From Histomonas meleagridis 2922-C6/04-290x (lineage: Eukaryota; Protista; Parabasalia), in contig JAANOX010000261.1 in assembly GCA_020184695.1 (NCBI GenBank), positions 62,001 through 126,000 on the forward strand: a stretch of DNA of 64,000 nucleotides. The letters run 5' to 3'. Positions within the stretch are counted from its first letter, which is position 1, and the number at the start of each line of letters is the position of its first letter. The notes below the pieces were generated by a model. That model was not told the origin of the DNA and did no database searches. It was given only the letters and a program-made list of their open reading frames with translations. Both the position numbers and the translations under genes were made by a program. Of the stretch, positions 53,839 to 64,000 are shown piece after piece.

Positions 53839-56800
53839 TTATTCTGAATTTTGATCTTGTTCAATGTTGAACATTTTTTGCATGAAATTTATGTTTTCGT
53901 CTATTCTTTCTATCAAAAACGCCAACGATTTATTTGTTTCGGCCATTTCGATGGCGAAAGGCTTTGCCATATTTTTCGCATTCATCAGAACAGTTACCAA
54001 CGATTCCTTTATATAAGTTATCCAATTTCTAAACGCAGCTATTGGTGCGAAATAAAATGAAATTTCGCACAAATGAATCATAAATTTTTTAATGATCAAT
54101 TTATGTAATTCATTATCTTTCGATAGTTTAGATTTATAAACATGAAAAACGGACAAAGTAACGAAATGTTTTTTAGGAATTTGATTCAAAATCAATTCCG
54201 CCAAACCATTTAAATAATTAAATTCGGCATTTTCAAGTAAATCGCAAGAATCATCACCTAATAATATCAAAATTTTTGTTAAATTTATTAAGTTAAAACG
54301 TTCAGTATTTTTATTCACAACAGAGTTAATTAAGTTTTCATATTTAAACAAAGTATGTGTTTGATATGGAATAATATAAAAGAAAACTGATAATGCAAGT
54401 GCTGCGAGTTCGGAATCATTAAAGAAATCAAACCAATTCATTTCTTTTAATATTAAATATGCGAAATTTAATGAATAAACACTTATAAAGAATAAATCAG
54501 TATCATCAAAACGATTAAAAAATATTTTTAACCATTTTTCTAATTTTTCATCTTTACAATTAATAACGTTTGTAATTTTAAATAATTTAAACAAACGAAT
54601 AGCTAAAGTAACAACTTCACTTGGCGTTAAATTAGATACATCTAAATCGAAACTTAATTCTTCATTAAAAAAGGTGTTAATTTTCCATTCATTATTAATA
54701 CTTTTAGATAATACACGAGATTCGATTAAACATGCAAGTAAATCAGCAAATGAAGCAAGTGCTGTCGAACGTTCAATACTTAAAGTCGAAAGGATTTTTA
54801 TCGATGCATAAATCATTCGATCTCTTTCAAGATTAAAAGTATTTGGTTCATTAACTATAGTGTTTATTAATGGAGGATCATAAATCTTAAAATATATATC
54901 ATTGCCGAATAAATAGGTGAATGAATTTATCATAATTTTTAACAAGTCAGAAAATTGTAATGAACAAGCAAGACTATTACCTAATAAATGTAATGCACGT
55001 GCAGTTTTCATATATTGATTTAAAGATTTTATATTATTATGTAAAATTATAATTTTAGAAGCACTCGAAGAAAATGAATTTAATATATTAATTAACATAT
55101 TATTAAACGGGAAAAGATTTAATAAATCTTTTTCAAAGTCATTACCAAATGTTAAATCAAGTGGTTTCTCTTGAAGGTTTTCTAAATCAAAAGAATCATC
55201 ACTTAACTCAAGAAATGACATTGACATTTCATCATCTTTCTCTTCATTTAAAGGCGATAAAGGTAATATCTGGAAATTATCTTTATCGAAATATTTTGGT
55301 TTATCTATCGATACTGTTGGATTATAATTAAAACTTTTCGCATGAACAAAATGTGATTTATGATTTCCTATCGGATTACGTCTAAATTGAGTTTGAAGCT
55401 TTTTTAATGTTTTCGATTTACCATGTTCAATATTTGCTTGAATAATTCGAGTTCTTTGTAAAAAGTTAATTTCTTCTTCTTCCGTTTTAGCTTTAAGGAA
55501 ATTTGTTGAATATTCATAAAGAAACATCGAATTAATATCTTGAACTTTAATTGGAATTACAATTATAGCTTTATCATTATTCTTTGTTGTGATAATTCTT
55601 TGGCTTGAAATCGCATCAAGAATTTGTGGCTCTAATGATACTTGATTCATTCCAGGTAATTGGAGTAATTTTTCATTATCATATATAAATAAACGATAAT
55701 TAATTTTAGGCTCAAATGACTCAAAAAATGGCCGAACTTCTTTTTCAAGGTTTTTAGTTCCACTTGCGTTAACAGACTTCAAAAATAATATCGCTAAGTT
55801 ATATGAACCTCTTAAACCTTTTTTATGATTCGCTATAGCTTCTTTTAAACTTAATGAATAACATGAGCGATAAAGAAATGTACAAATACTCGAAGAAAAA
55901 ATAGAAATTAACTTTAAATCTTTCATGGAAAAAAAGGTATTATTAATTCGATTATATAACGCTAAAACCATTGTAACACTTCCTTTATATTTCGCAGGTA
56001 TTGTCATCATCGACCAAATCCTTGGCTCAATTATATCATCAGATGAACTTGAGAAATCTTCTTCGCTTCTTGGGAAAATGAAATTTAATGACTGCTCTTG
56101 AATTGCTGCTTTACTAATTAGTCCATTTCCTATATGAAATGTTAAAGGGTTTTTACTTTTTTTCGTTTCTTCATGCATTTTATCCCCAATGATACTAAAT
56201 ATTCGTGTGAGTGATGAATTAGTTAATGAATTTGCAACTGTCGCTATCTTTGAGATTAATTCATTCGGATTATTGACTGATGCTATTGTCGAAAGTCCCG
56301 AAATTAATTTGTTTTGTTCTTCTTCAGTAAAATATATTACGGATTTCTCGATTTTATCAAATGCAAATTCGATATATCGAGTGAAAAAATATAATAAAAT
56401 ATAATCGGTCGGTTTAAATTGTTCATTTTTTTTATCAGTCGCTACAAATATAATTCGTTTACTATCAAAATAAAAGGGACAAATTAAGGCATTTTTCGTG
56501 GATTTAAATAAAGGAACTTCAAACTCAATGTCAAGATAAGGTGAACTCATTGGATCATTAATAATTTGAAATTCACTTGATTTGATGCATCTGGAAATTA
56601 AACCGTTTTGGTCATTCAATGTAATAACCGCTAACGATAGACCATTTGAATAAAACATTTCACCTGAAGAATCTGGACATAAGAAAATATGAACGCGTTT
56701 AGCATTAATAATATCAGCTGAATGCCGTTCAATAGAATTAATAAGTTCAGGAATATCATTTATTCTGAGGATATCATTTAAAGAAGATAAAATTGTAGAA

Positions 56801-57441
56801 ACACGAAACATTGAATTAAAGAAAATTTCAAATAAAAGTTTGCGAGTGGCTGGTGAAACACATGGAATTACAGTAAGGATTGCTTGTATAAATGGAATAA
56901 TTGTAGTGTGAAATTTTTTTAGAACAAACTCATTTTTGGATTCAAGAAGAATTATATCTGATATTGCGTTCTCATTGAAATAATTTTTGATTTGATCAGG
57001 ATTTGAAGTACGAAGGAAGTGTATAAATTTGCATAAAGAATTTTCGTTTACATTTGGATCAAAAAAATCGGCCTGTAAATTTGAATCGCCTAAATGTGGT
57101 AGATGAAAATCCATAGCCTGGCGGTTGTTTTTTGAAAAGGAAGAAGATGCTCTACTTCCTATATGTTTTTTTTTCATTTTATGATTTTCATGTAATGGTT
57201 TATTTTTATCCCTTTTCGATTCGCATATCACACCTGTGATTTCTTTTGACATTTTGGCTCTTTGTTGACGAAGTTTTTCAATTCTTTGTATAAGAATTTT
57301 AATTGTTTGATCAGCATGTGTAATTCTTTCATTTATTGTTTTGTACTCGAAACTATTTGATTCTCTCTTCGAATTGTCTCTGTTTTTGGATATGCCATAT
57401 CCTATAGGACTTCCTATAGGAGGTGGGGGAGAATTTTTCAT
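53839..57441 (-). CDS. Large GAF-domain protein with a degenerate phosphodiesterase-like C-terminus
   Basis: Two GAF-like segments (NALICPF...FKPTDYILL; WSMMTIPA...LALYNR...FSMKDLKLI); C-terminal helices lack recognisable PDE histidines. Confidence 0.65.
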   Translation of the reverse strand: MKNSPPPPIGSPIGYGISKNRDNSKRESNSFEYKTINERITHADQTIKILIQRIEKLRQQRAKMSKEITGVICESKRDKNKPLHENHKMKKKHIGSRASSSFSKNNRQAMDFHLPHLGDSNLQADFFDPNVNENSLCKFIHFLRTSNPDQIKNYFNENAISDIILLESKNEFVLKKFHTTIIPFIQAILTVIPCVSPATRKLLFEIFFNSMFRVSTILSSLNDILRINDIPELINSIERHSADIINAKRVHIFLCPDSSGEMFYSNGLSLAVITLNDQNGLISRCIKSSEFQIINDPMSSPYLDIEFEVPLFKSTKNALICPFYFDSKRIIFVATDKKNEQFKPTDYILLYFFTRYIEFAFDKIEKSVIYFTEEEQNKLISGLSTIASVNNPNELISKIATVANSLTNSSLTRIFSIIGDKMHEETKKSKNPLTFHIGNGLISKAAIQEQSLNFIFPRSEEDFSSSSDDIIEPRIWSMMTIPAKYKGSVTMVLALYNRINNTFFSMKDLKLISIFSSSICTFLYRSCYSLSLKEAIANHKKGLRGSYNLAILFLKSVNASGTKNLEKEVRPFFESFEPKINYRLFIYDNEKLLQLPGMNQVSLEPQILDAISSQRIITTKNNDKAIIVIPIKVQDINSMFLYEYSTNFLKAKTEEEEINFLQRTRIIQANIEHGKSKTLKKLQTQFRRNPIGNHKSHFVHAKSFNYNPTVSIDKPKYFDKDNFQILPLSPLNEEKDDEMSMSFLELSDDSFDLENLQEKPLDLTFGNDFEKDLLNLFPFNNMLINILNSFSSSASKIIILHNNIKSLNQYMKTARALHLLGNSLACSLQFSDLLKIMINSFTYLFGNDIYFKIYDPPLINTIVNEPNTFNLERDRMIYASIKILSTLSIERSTALASFADLLACLIESRVLSKSINNEWKINTFFNEELSFDLDVSNLTPSEVVTLAIRLFKLFKITNVINCKDEKLEKWLKIFFNRFDDTDLFFISVYSLNFAYLILKEMNWFDFFNDSELAALALSVFFYIIPYQTHTLFKYENLINSVVNKNTERFNLINLTKILILLGDDSCDLLENAEFNYLNGLAELILNQIPKKHFVTLSVFHVYKSKLSKDNELHKLIIKKFMIHLCEISFYFAPIAAFRNWITYIKESLVTVLMNAKNMAKPFAIEMAETNKSLAFLIERIDENINFMQKMFNIEQDQNSE

Positions 57442-57922
57442 TTTCCCCAAATAACGTTTTTATCGTAAGAAAAAAAAAGATACTTCAAAATCACTTTTTT
57501 ACGATATAATTCTTAAGTTAAATCACATTGCTAATTTCTCATTCCTTAAACTTAATTATAATTTCATTTTTTCTTTTGCGATCGCAAGAATCAATATTGA
57601 TCAATATTCCTAACATTTCTTTTAATTATACATATCCATGAATAAACAATTTATTTATCATATTTTTTATCTAAAATTCCAAAAAATGCATTTGTAATAT
57701 TAGGAAAAAAAAACATTGGAATTGTAATTTCAGAACATGAATTTTCATCAATAACAAAATAATGAAGAAGAAAAATATAATTACTAAATGCTAATAAAAC
57801 ATAAAAAGCAAGAATTTTTTAAAAATTAGAAACATAAAATGGTTTCATACGTGTTAAGATTACTTTACCTCAACATCAGAGTACCAACATACAAATAGAT
57901 GCATTTTAAGTTGGTGAATTAA

Positions 57923-58324
57923 CTACTTCATTATTTTTTGGTTTGGAGAATATCTTTGAGATGTTTCGTTAATTTTCTGAACAATTTTCTTATTCATTAA
58001 AATTAATTCATCTGTTACTTCATCAATTTCTTTTTCTTTTTGCTGAACATAGTCCGAATAAATTCTGAATTGTGTATTTGTCTGTTTAACAGTTTTTGGT
58101 GCTGTCCAATTTTGATCGAAAGATGGAGGTGTTGAGTTTTGATGTTGGTATTTTTCAATGAAACTTTGCTGTTGTTCAACTATTGATTCATTAAAATTTG
58201 CTAAAAAATTATTATCATCAATTTTTTTCTGGACTTGTTTTGGCGAATTCATATCTTTTAGCATTGCATCAAGATCATCTCTCATTTGATCTAGTTCGCT
58301 TTTCCCTTTATCATTCATCATCAT
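57923..58324 (-). CDS. Hypothetical protein
   Basis: About 133-aa ORF from ATG 58324. Confidence 0.6.
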   Translation of the reverse strand: MMMNDKGKSELDQMRDDLDAMLKDMNSPKQVQKKIDDNNFLANFNESIVEQQQSFIEKYQHQNSTPPSFDQNWTAPKTVKQTNTQFRIYSDYVQQKEKEIDEVTDELILMNKKIVQKINETSQRYSPNQKIMK

Positions 58325-58696
58325 CAGCACATTTTGTTTTGAATGGTTTATTCTGGATTTTGGCTCTCAATTGCAAAACACAAAATTCTGTCATAGAAAT
58401 ATCGTTTTTTGGCGGGGTTCGATAAAGTGAGCGACCATATCATGAATAAACGGTCAGACAGAAAACAATTTTGTGAGTGCGACGATTAAAAGTCCCATAA
58501 AATCCACTTTTTGTTTGTTTTGTCTCATTCGAAAAATCATGATTTCTAGAAGATAAATAATGTTATCCTCCTAAAGCCATCAAGGAGAAACTTTGTTTGT
58601 TTGATTGAGAAGACAAAACTTAATAAAAATAAAGAAATAGCTAAAAATTATCGTAAAGAGTTTGGTTTAATGAGACATGTGATGTGAAATAGAAAA

Positions 58697-59950
58697 ATGG
58701 AAGAAAACATCTTAATGAGAGGAAGTGTCGAAGACAAAGCTGATAAAATGAATGACCGGCTAACAGAACTTTTTACCGGAATCCAAAAATTGTGCGATGA
58801 ATTACAAGGACTTCAACGAATTTACAATCAATCGGTAATACATCTTCTTCAACTTCAAAACGAAAAAGAATCTATGAAATTTCTTTACAAGAATTTAAAA
58901 GCAAGGTACCAATCAATTTTACATCCTGATGAAGTGATAAAAACAAGATTAATTTCCCAAGTTAATCCTGACGTATACACATTAAGCAATGTACCTTATA
59001 ATGTTGAACCAAATAATACCAACATTCATCTTAAGTATGCAATACGAACCAATGCAGTTATTTGTGCAATGGATTTTTCCCAAGATGGATCTATCTTTGC
59101 CTTTAGTAACAATGACCTTATATTTGTTGTCAGCACAGAAGATGGTTCATTAATGAAATGTTTTGAAATTCCGAATACCAATGTTGATGATTTCAATGTC
59201 AGAGCCATTAACATTAGTCCTAACTGTAACTACCTTGCTGTTGGCGGCCCATCGAATAATGTCATTATTTATTCTCTCCATGAAGAAAAAATCATTGCAA
59301 ATTTAGAAAGCCATGAAAACAAAGTTTCGTCACTAATGTTTACCAACGATTCAAAGCGTCTGTATTCAGCAGGGTTTGATGGTCGTGTTTATGTATGGGA
59401 TCTTCCTACCATGAGGTCCATAACAAAAATCGAAGCACCTAAAAATTCCACTAAAGCTGACTCTATGGTAATCTCTCTTTCCAAGAATTCCGATGAAGAC
59501 TTCATAGTCATTGGGTTTATCAATGGAATACTTGGAATTTCTGAAATGTCACTTTTCCAACCGCTGAACACTTTTCGCGCACATGGCGAAGGTCAATATC
59601 TTTTAGATTCCAAAGTTTCTCCACTTGATGGGACATTAGCTACAGTTTCCCATGATAAAACATGTAAAATATGGAACTTAAGAGGAGTTGCAACATGTAC
59701 AAAAGTTTTGACAGGACATTCAGATACAGTTCTTTCTGTATGTTTTGCTCCAAACTCAACACATTGTTTCACAGCAAGTAGGGATGAAAGGTTTAAAGCT
59801 TGGAATTATAAAACAGGGGAATTGTTGTTCACTGTAAAGGCTCATAGCAACACAGTGTTCAAAATTATACATCACCCAAGCGAAAACATATTGGGTACTT
59901 GTTCTGGCGATGGATATGTGTGTATTTGGGAATATGGCCAATTAGAATAA
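58697..59950 (+). CDS. WD40-repeat protein with N-terminal coiled coil (Tup1-like)
   Basis: Multiple GH..WD repeats; N-terminal coiled coil. Confidence 0.85.
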   Translation: MEENILMRGSVEDKADKMNDRLTELFTGIQKLCDELQGLQRIYNQSVIHLLQLQNEKESMKFLYKNLKARYQSILHPDEVIKTRLISQVNPDVYTLSNVPYNVEPNNTNIHLKYAIRTNAVICAMDFSQDGSIFAFSNNDLIFVVSTEDGSLMKCFEIPNTNVDDFNVRAINISPNCNYLAVGGPSNNVIIYSLHEEKIIANLESHENKVSSLMFTNDSKRLYSAGFDGRVYVWDLPTMRSITKIEAPKNSTKADSMVISLSKNSDEDFIVIGFINGILGISEMSLFQPLNTFRAHGEGQYLLDSKVSPLDGTLATVSHDKTCKIWNLRGVATCTKVLTGHSDTVLSVCFAPNSTHCFTASRDERFKAWNYKTGELLFTVKAHSNTVFKIIHHPSENILGTCSGDGYVCIWEYGQLE

Positions 59951-60195
59951 TATAACGAATAGAAATGTATTACTAAAAACAAATGTTTTAACATATTATT
60001 TTTTGATGTAAAAAGCAAAATAATGTTTTTTGTTTGAAAATTGCAAAAATATCTGATAAATGTTCATCTATCAAAATCAAACAAAATACAAGAAAAAAAC
60101 AAATTTTTACATATTAAAGTAACAAGCTCTTATTTAAATTGAAAATTTTATTTGAAATAAATCTCATCAAAAATATTTCCCTTAAAAGTTAAAAT

Positions 60196-60543
<348 letters not shown>

Positions 60544-61512
60544 TTATTAAATGTCGTTTCGATCCCATAATTATTCAATGCCTACATAACAAAAAAATCA
60601 ATGTGTTGATGCCGTTTAACAATAAAGTTTTTGCGAAAATCCGATAAAAAACTGTTTTTACACAGAAAAAAGTTGTAAATTTGAGAAAGATAATCAAGAT
60701 AATCTTATCTTAAGAGTGCGTTCAAAGCATGCTTTTTAACCACATATATATTCAGCTAAAATTTTAGCAGCTTGATATTAAAGATTTGATGATTTCCAAA
60801 AATATTGCAATTAATACAAATGGAAATTGGTTTCAAAATAATTTCCTCTGTTAAATCTATTTATAAAACCATATAATTTTGTAGATAATACAAAAATTAC
60901 TAAGAATGTATATTCACTACATATATATTCAGCTACAATTTCTGATGTTAAACTTCAATTTTCATTTTAAGATTTATTTGAAGAATATCAAATAAATCGG
61001 GAAATTTTTTTACATCGAATTTCCGATCGATCTGGAAAAAAATTTCATCATTAAGTTTTGGTAAATATAACTATTTAAAAGTTCACAAATACATTTTACC
61101 ATATATAATTGCCAAACCACACCATGTTTTGGTATTTTTTCAAAATTCCTTATTTATATAAGTTTGCTATCTTTTTCATTTTTTTTTATTAAGATGAAAT
61201 TTAATGAATGATTTTCTCAAAATTTTTCAAAACATTTTCTCATTAGAAATACATTTATTTAAAGTCTTTTGTAAGAGGAAAATATCTGTTATCAGGCTAT
61301 TCTTTTTGTCTCGAGGAAGAATACTCTTTTTTATTTCGGTTGACGATGTAAAAAACCACATTAATTAGTTCGAAATTTTGTTAAACATAACTATTTCAAA
61401 TTTGTTTGAAGTACATTTCTTCTCTCAATTTTAGATATTAGTATTACAATCTTTATCATTCGTAAAATAATTATAGACGAGAATAAAGACGAATTTCTTT
61501 AATATCACTTTA

Positions 61513-62454
61513 ATGTTCTTCATACTTGTTACAAATATATTCTCATATTATCTCGCTTACGAAGAAAAATCCTTTTTAAATTGGATGAAATCAACAAATC
61601 AAATGTATGTTGGCAAAGATTATGATATGCGTTTTGGTATTTGGTTGTCAAATAGTCGTCTTGTTCAAGAGCATAACAAAGTTAGCTCATTCAAGCTTTG
61701 CATGAACAAATTTTCAGCATATACACCAATGGAATATAAAACACTTCTTGGTTTTATCCCTGAAGTTGCAACAAGAAAAGCAATGAAATCCATTTATAAG
61801 CCCGTTGATTCTATTGATTGGCGTAATAGAAGTGCTGTTAATCCAGTTAAGGATCAAGGTCAATGTGGTTCATGTTGGGCATTTTCAGCAATTCAAGGAG
61901 CAGAAAGCGCTTACTTCATTAAGACTGGAAATCTTCTTAGGTTTTCAGAGCAGAACTTACTTGATTGCGTTAGCACATGTTTTGGATGTGAAGGTGGTTT
62001 AATGACTTATGCATTTGATTATGTTCTTGAGAATCAAAGTGCTAAATTTATGCTTGAAGATGATTATCCATATACCGCATTCCAAAGCACATGTAAATTC
62101 AATTCGTCATTAGCTACTGGTTCTATTTCAAGATATATCAATATAGTTCAAGCTGATGAAGCAGACCTTCAAGCGAAGCTTACAAATCACGGACCAGTAT
62201 GCTGTGCAATAGATGCCTCACTCACAAGTTTTCAACTTTATAAAAAGGGAATTTATGATGAACCAAAATGTTCGTCCACATTACTTGACCATGGCGTTGG
62301 TTGCGTTGGCTTTGGTAAAGAAGGAGATAAAAATTATTGGATCATTCGAAATTCTTGGGGTACAAGTTGGGGTGAAAATGGTTATATTCGTATGGTCAAG
62401 AATAAGAACAATCAATGTGGTGTTGCCACAACGGCAATTGTACCAATTGCATAA
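61513..62454 (+). CDS. Papain-family (cathepsin L-like) cysteine protease
   Basis: QGQCGSCWAF, LDHGV, RNSWG; signal peptide and I29-like prodomain. Confidence 0.95.
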   Translation: MFFILVTNIFSYYLAYEEKSFLNWMKSTNQMYVGKDYDMRFGIWLSNSRLVQEHNKVSSFKLCMNKFSAYTPMEYKTLLGFIPEVATRKAMKSIYKPVDSIDWRNRSAVNPVKDQGQCGSCWAFSAIQGAESAYFIKTGNLLRFSEQNLLDCVSTCFGCEGGLMTYAFDYVLENQSAKFMLEDDYPYTAFQSTCKFNSSLATGSISRYINIVQADEADLQAKLTNHGPVCCAIDASLTSFQLYKKGIYDEPKCSSTLLDHGVGCVGFGKEGDKNYWIIRNSWGTSWGENGYIRMVKNKNNQCGVATTAIVPIA

Positions 62455-62920
62455 CTAAATGCTTTAGAAAGCAAATCTCACCTTATTTTTATCCTTACAA
62501 ACGACCATTTACAAATTTTTAGTGTGGCTAAAACCAATTTCTGCGATGATGTTATCTATGTCAACTAATATCCATGTTTTCACAACTTCAATAAGACATT
62601 GATTTTTCTAAGCACTATTTTGTGTCTTTAATATAATATATTTTTTGAACAAATATTCTAAATATAGACTCTATTAACACGCTTTTGACAAAGATAAATA
62701 AACGAATTCGCTTAAAAAATCAAAGACGTTAAATCACTTCACGTTGTACTGTAACCGTCTGGCTAGTTTAATTTTTTTGATAAGAGCCTTTTCAAATTTG
62801 AATTGTACAAATTTGTATTAATTTTTCACTAAGCCTGTTGCTTGCCAGATGGTTACAATAGCTATTCAAATCAATGAATATAACCGCACAAAATTTGAGA
62901 ACAATCGCACGTTCAAAAAA

Positions 62921-64000
62921 ATGTTTTTTTCCTCCTCTTGAAATGGATATCATGTAATATACCTATTTTTACAACATCATTAGGTGGAAATATAATATTT
63001 GACTCAAGTAAAAAGATGGTACTTTCGTCGAATAATCAATGGACTTATGTGTACTTTCAGAATTCACCAAATATTCATCAGCTAAAAGATCATGATATTG
63101 ACTTACAAAAGGGTGTTGTGTATAAAAATGTTTATAAGCTTTATTTGACACCAAAACAAATTTCGTTTTTACAAAAAAATGAAGCTCTCCTTACACCTAT
63201 TGATCCAAATAGCAAATTAATTAATATAACTAAGATTAGTAATTCGAAGCAATTACATGTTAAAGGAGAATTTAATCAAATTTCACCAAAGAATAAATCA
63301 TTTTATACAATAATATCTTATTCAGAAGATCATCTCATTATTGAAACCAAGGATCCCATCAAATCATCCAAATATTTTAGTTCATTACCTGAAGTTGAAT
63401 TTATCAGTTCATATGAACCACCAACATCAGCCAATAATATTGCATCAGGGTTCACACAAAAGAATACTGCTGATCTTATTACAGATACACATGGTAATAT
63501 TATTGCACCTCGATATCTTGAGTCCAAAGGACTGACAGGTAAAAATCAAGCAGTTGCATTGGTTGATGATTCGCTTGATTATTATCATTCACATTTTTAT
63601 GATCCTTCGGTAAACATGACTTTTAACAAATTTATACCAAATCATCGAAAGATTTCATATTATTATAATTTTTTTGAGACTGAAGAATCATTATATAAAA
63701 ACTTTATGCCAAACAAATCTCATGGTACGCATGTATCAGGTACTATAGCAGGAAAATCATTAAATGAAAATGATAAAATTAATTCATATAATGGTGTAGC
63801 TCCTGACTCTAAACTTATGTATTTAGGTTTATTTGATGAAAATTTTAACGCACTTATGGCAAACACAAGCAAATTAGTTGAAATAATTCAAGCAGGTAAT
63901 TTTCATATCTTTACTAATTCATGGGGTTCTTTTTCATCACTGGATATACGAGAATTTCAATATTTATTTGATAAAATTATATATGAAGATAATGTTGGTG
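62921..64000 (+). CDS. Subtilisin-like (S8) serine protease, 3'-partial (not in the ORF track)
   Basis: Frame 1 is open from 62899 to the window end: AVALVDDSLD, SHGTHVSGTIAG, NGVAPDSKL, TNSWG. ATG 62921 joins if the T7 run is T8 (MFFFLLLKWISC). Confidence 0.85.

Overview
AT-rich, nearly intronless, gene-dense eukaryotic DNA, most consistent with a parabasalid (Tritrichomonas/Trichomonas-like). This is an inference from BspA surface proteins, DUF3447-type ankyrin genes, a histone H4 ending YGF, a 23-nt GTA..TCTAAC..CAG intron and the standard genetic code. Ordinary content: about 25 protein genes, tRNA-Gly(TCC), tRNA-Val(TAC), a decayed pogo/DDE_1-type transposon with TA duplication, three BspA paralogues and several pseudogene fragments. 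Main discovery: three ankyrin-repeat loci (6.0-6.9 kb minus, 9.56-10.84 kb plus, 39.1-39.8 kb minus) look broken, but at every repeat junction the beta-hairpin codons D-x-x-G-x lie at an exact 20-nt spacing. Single codons are separated by four 17-nt AT-only intervening units that lack GT-AG ends. Removing the units restores textbook loops (KDNNGKTAL, KDSNGLTAL, KDDKGYTAL, EDKYGFTPF, KDNHGETAL) and a complete 273-aa ORF at 9560-10841. One junction naturally lacks exactly one 17-nt unit. I know of no description of such a system but could not search the literature, and the mechanism (non-canonical splicing, DNA elimination, editing or ribosome hopping) cannot be decided from DNA alone.
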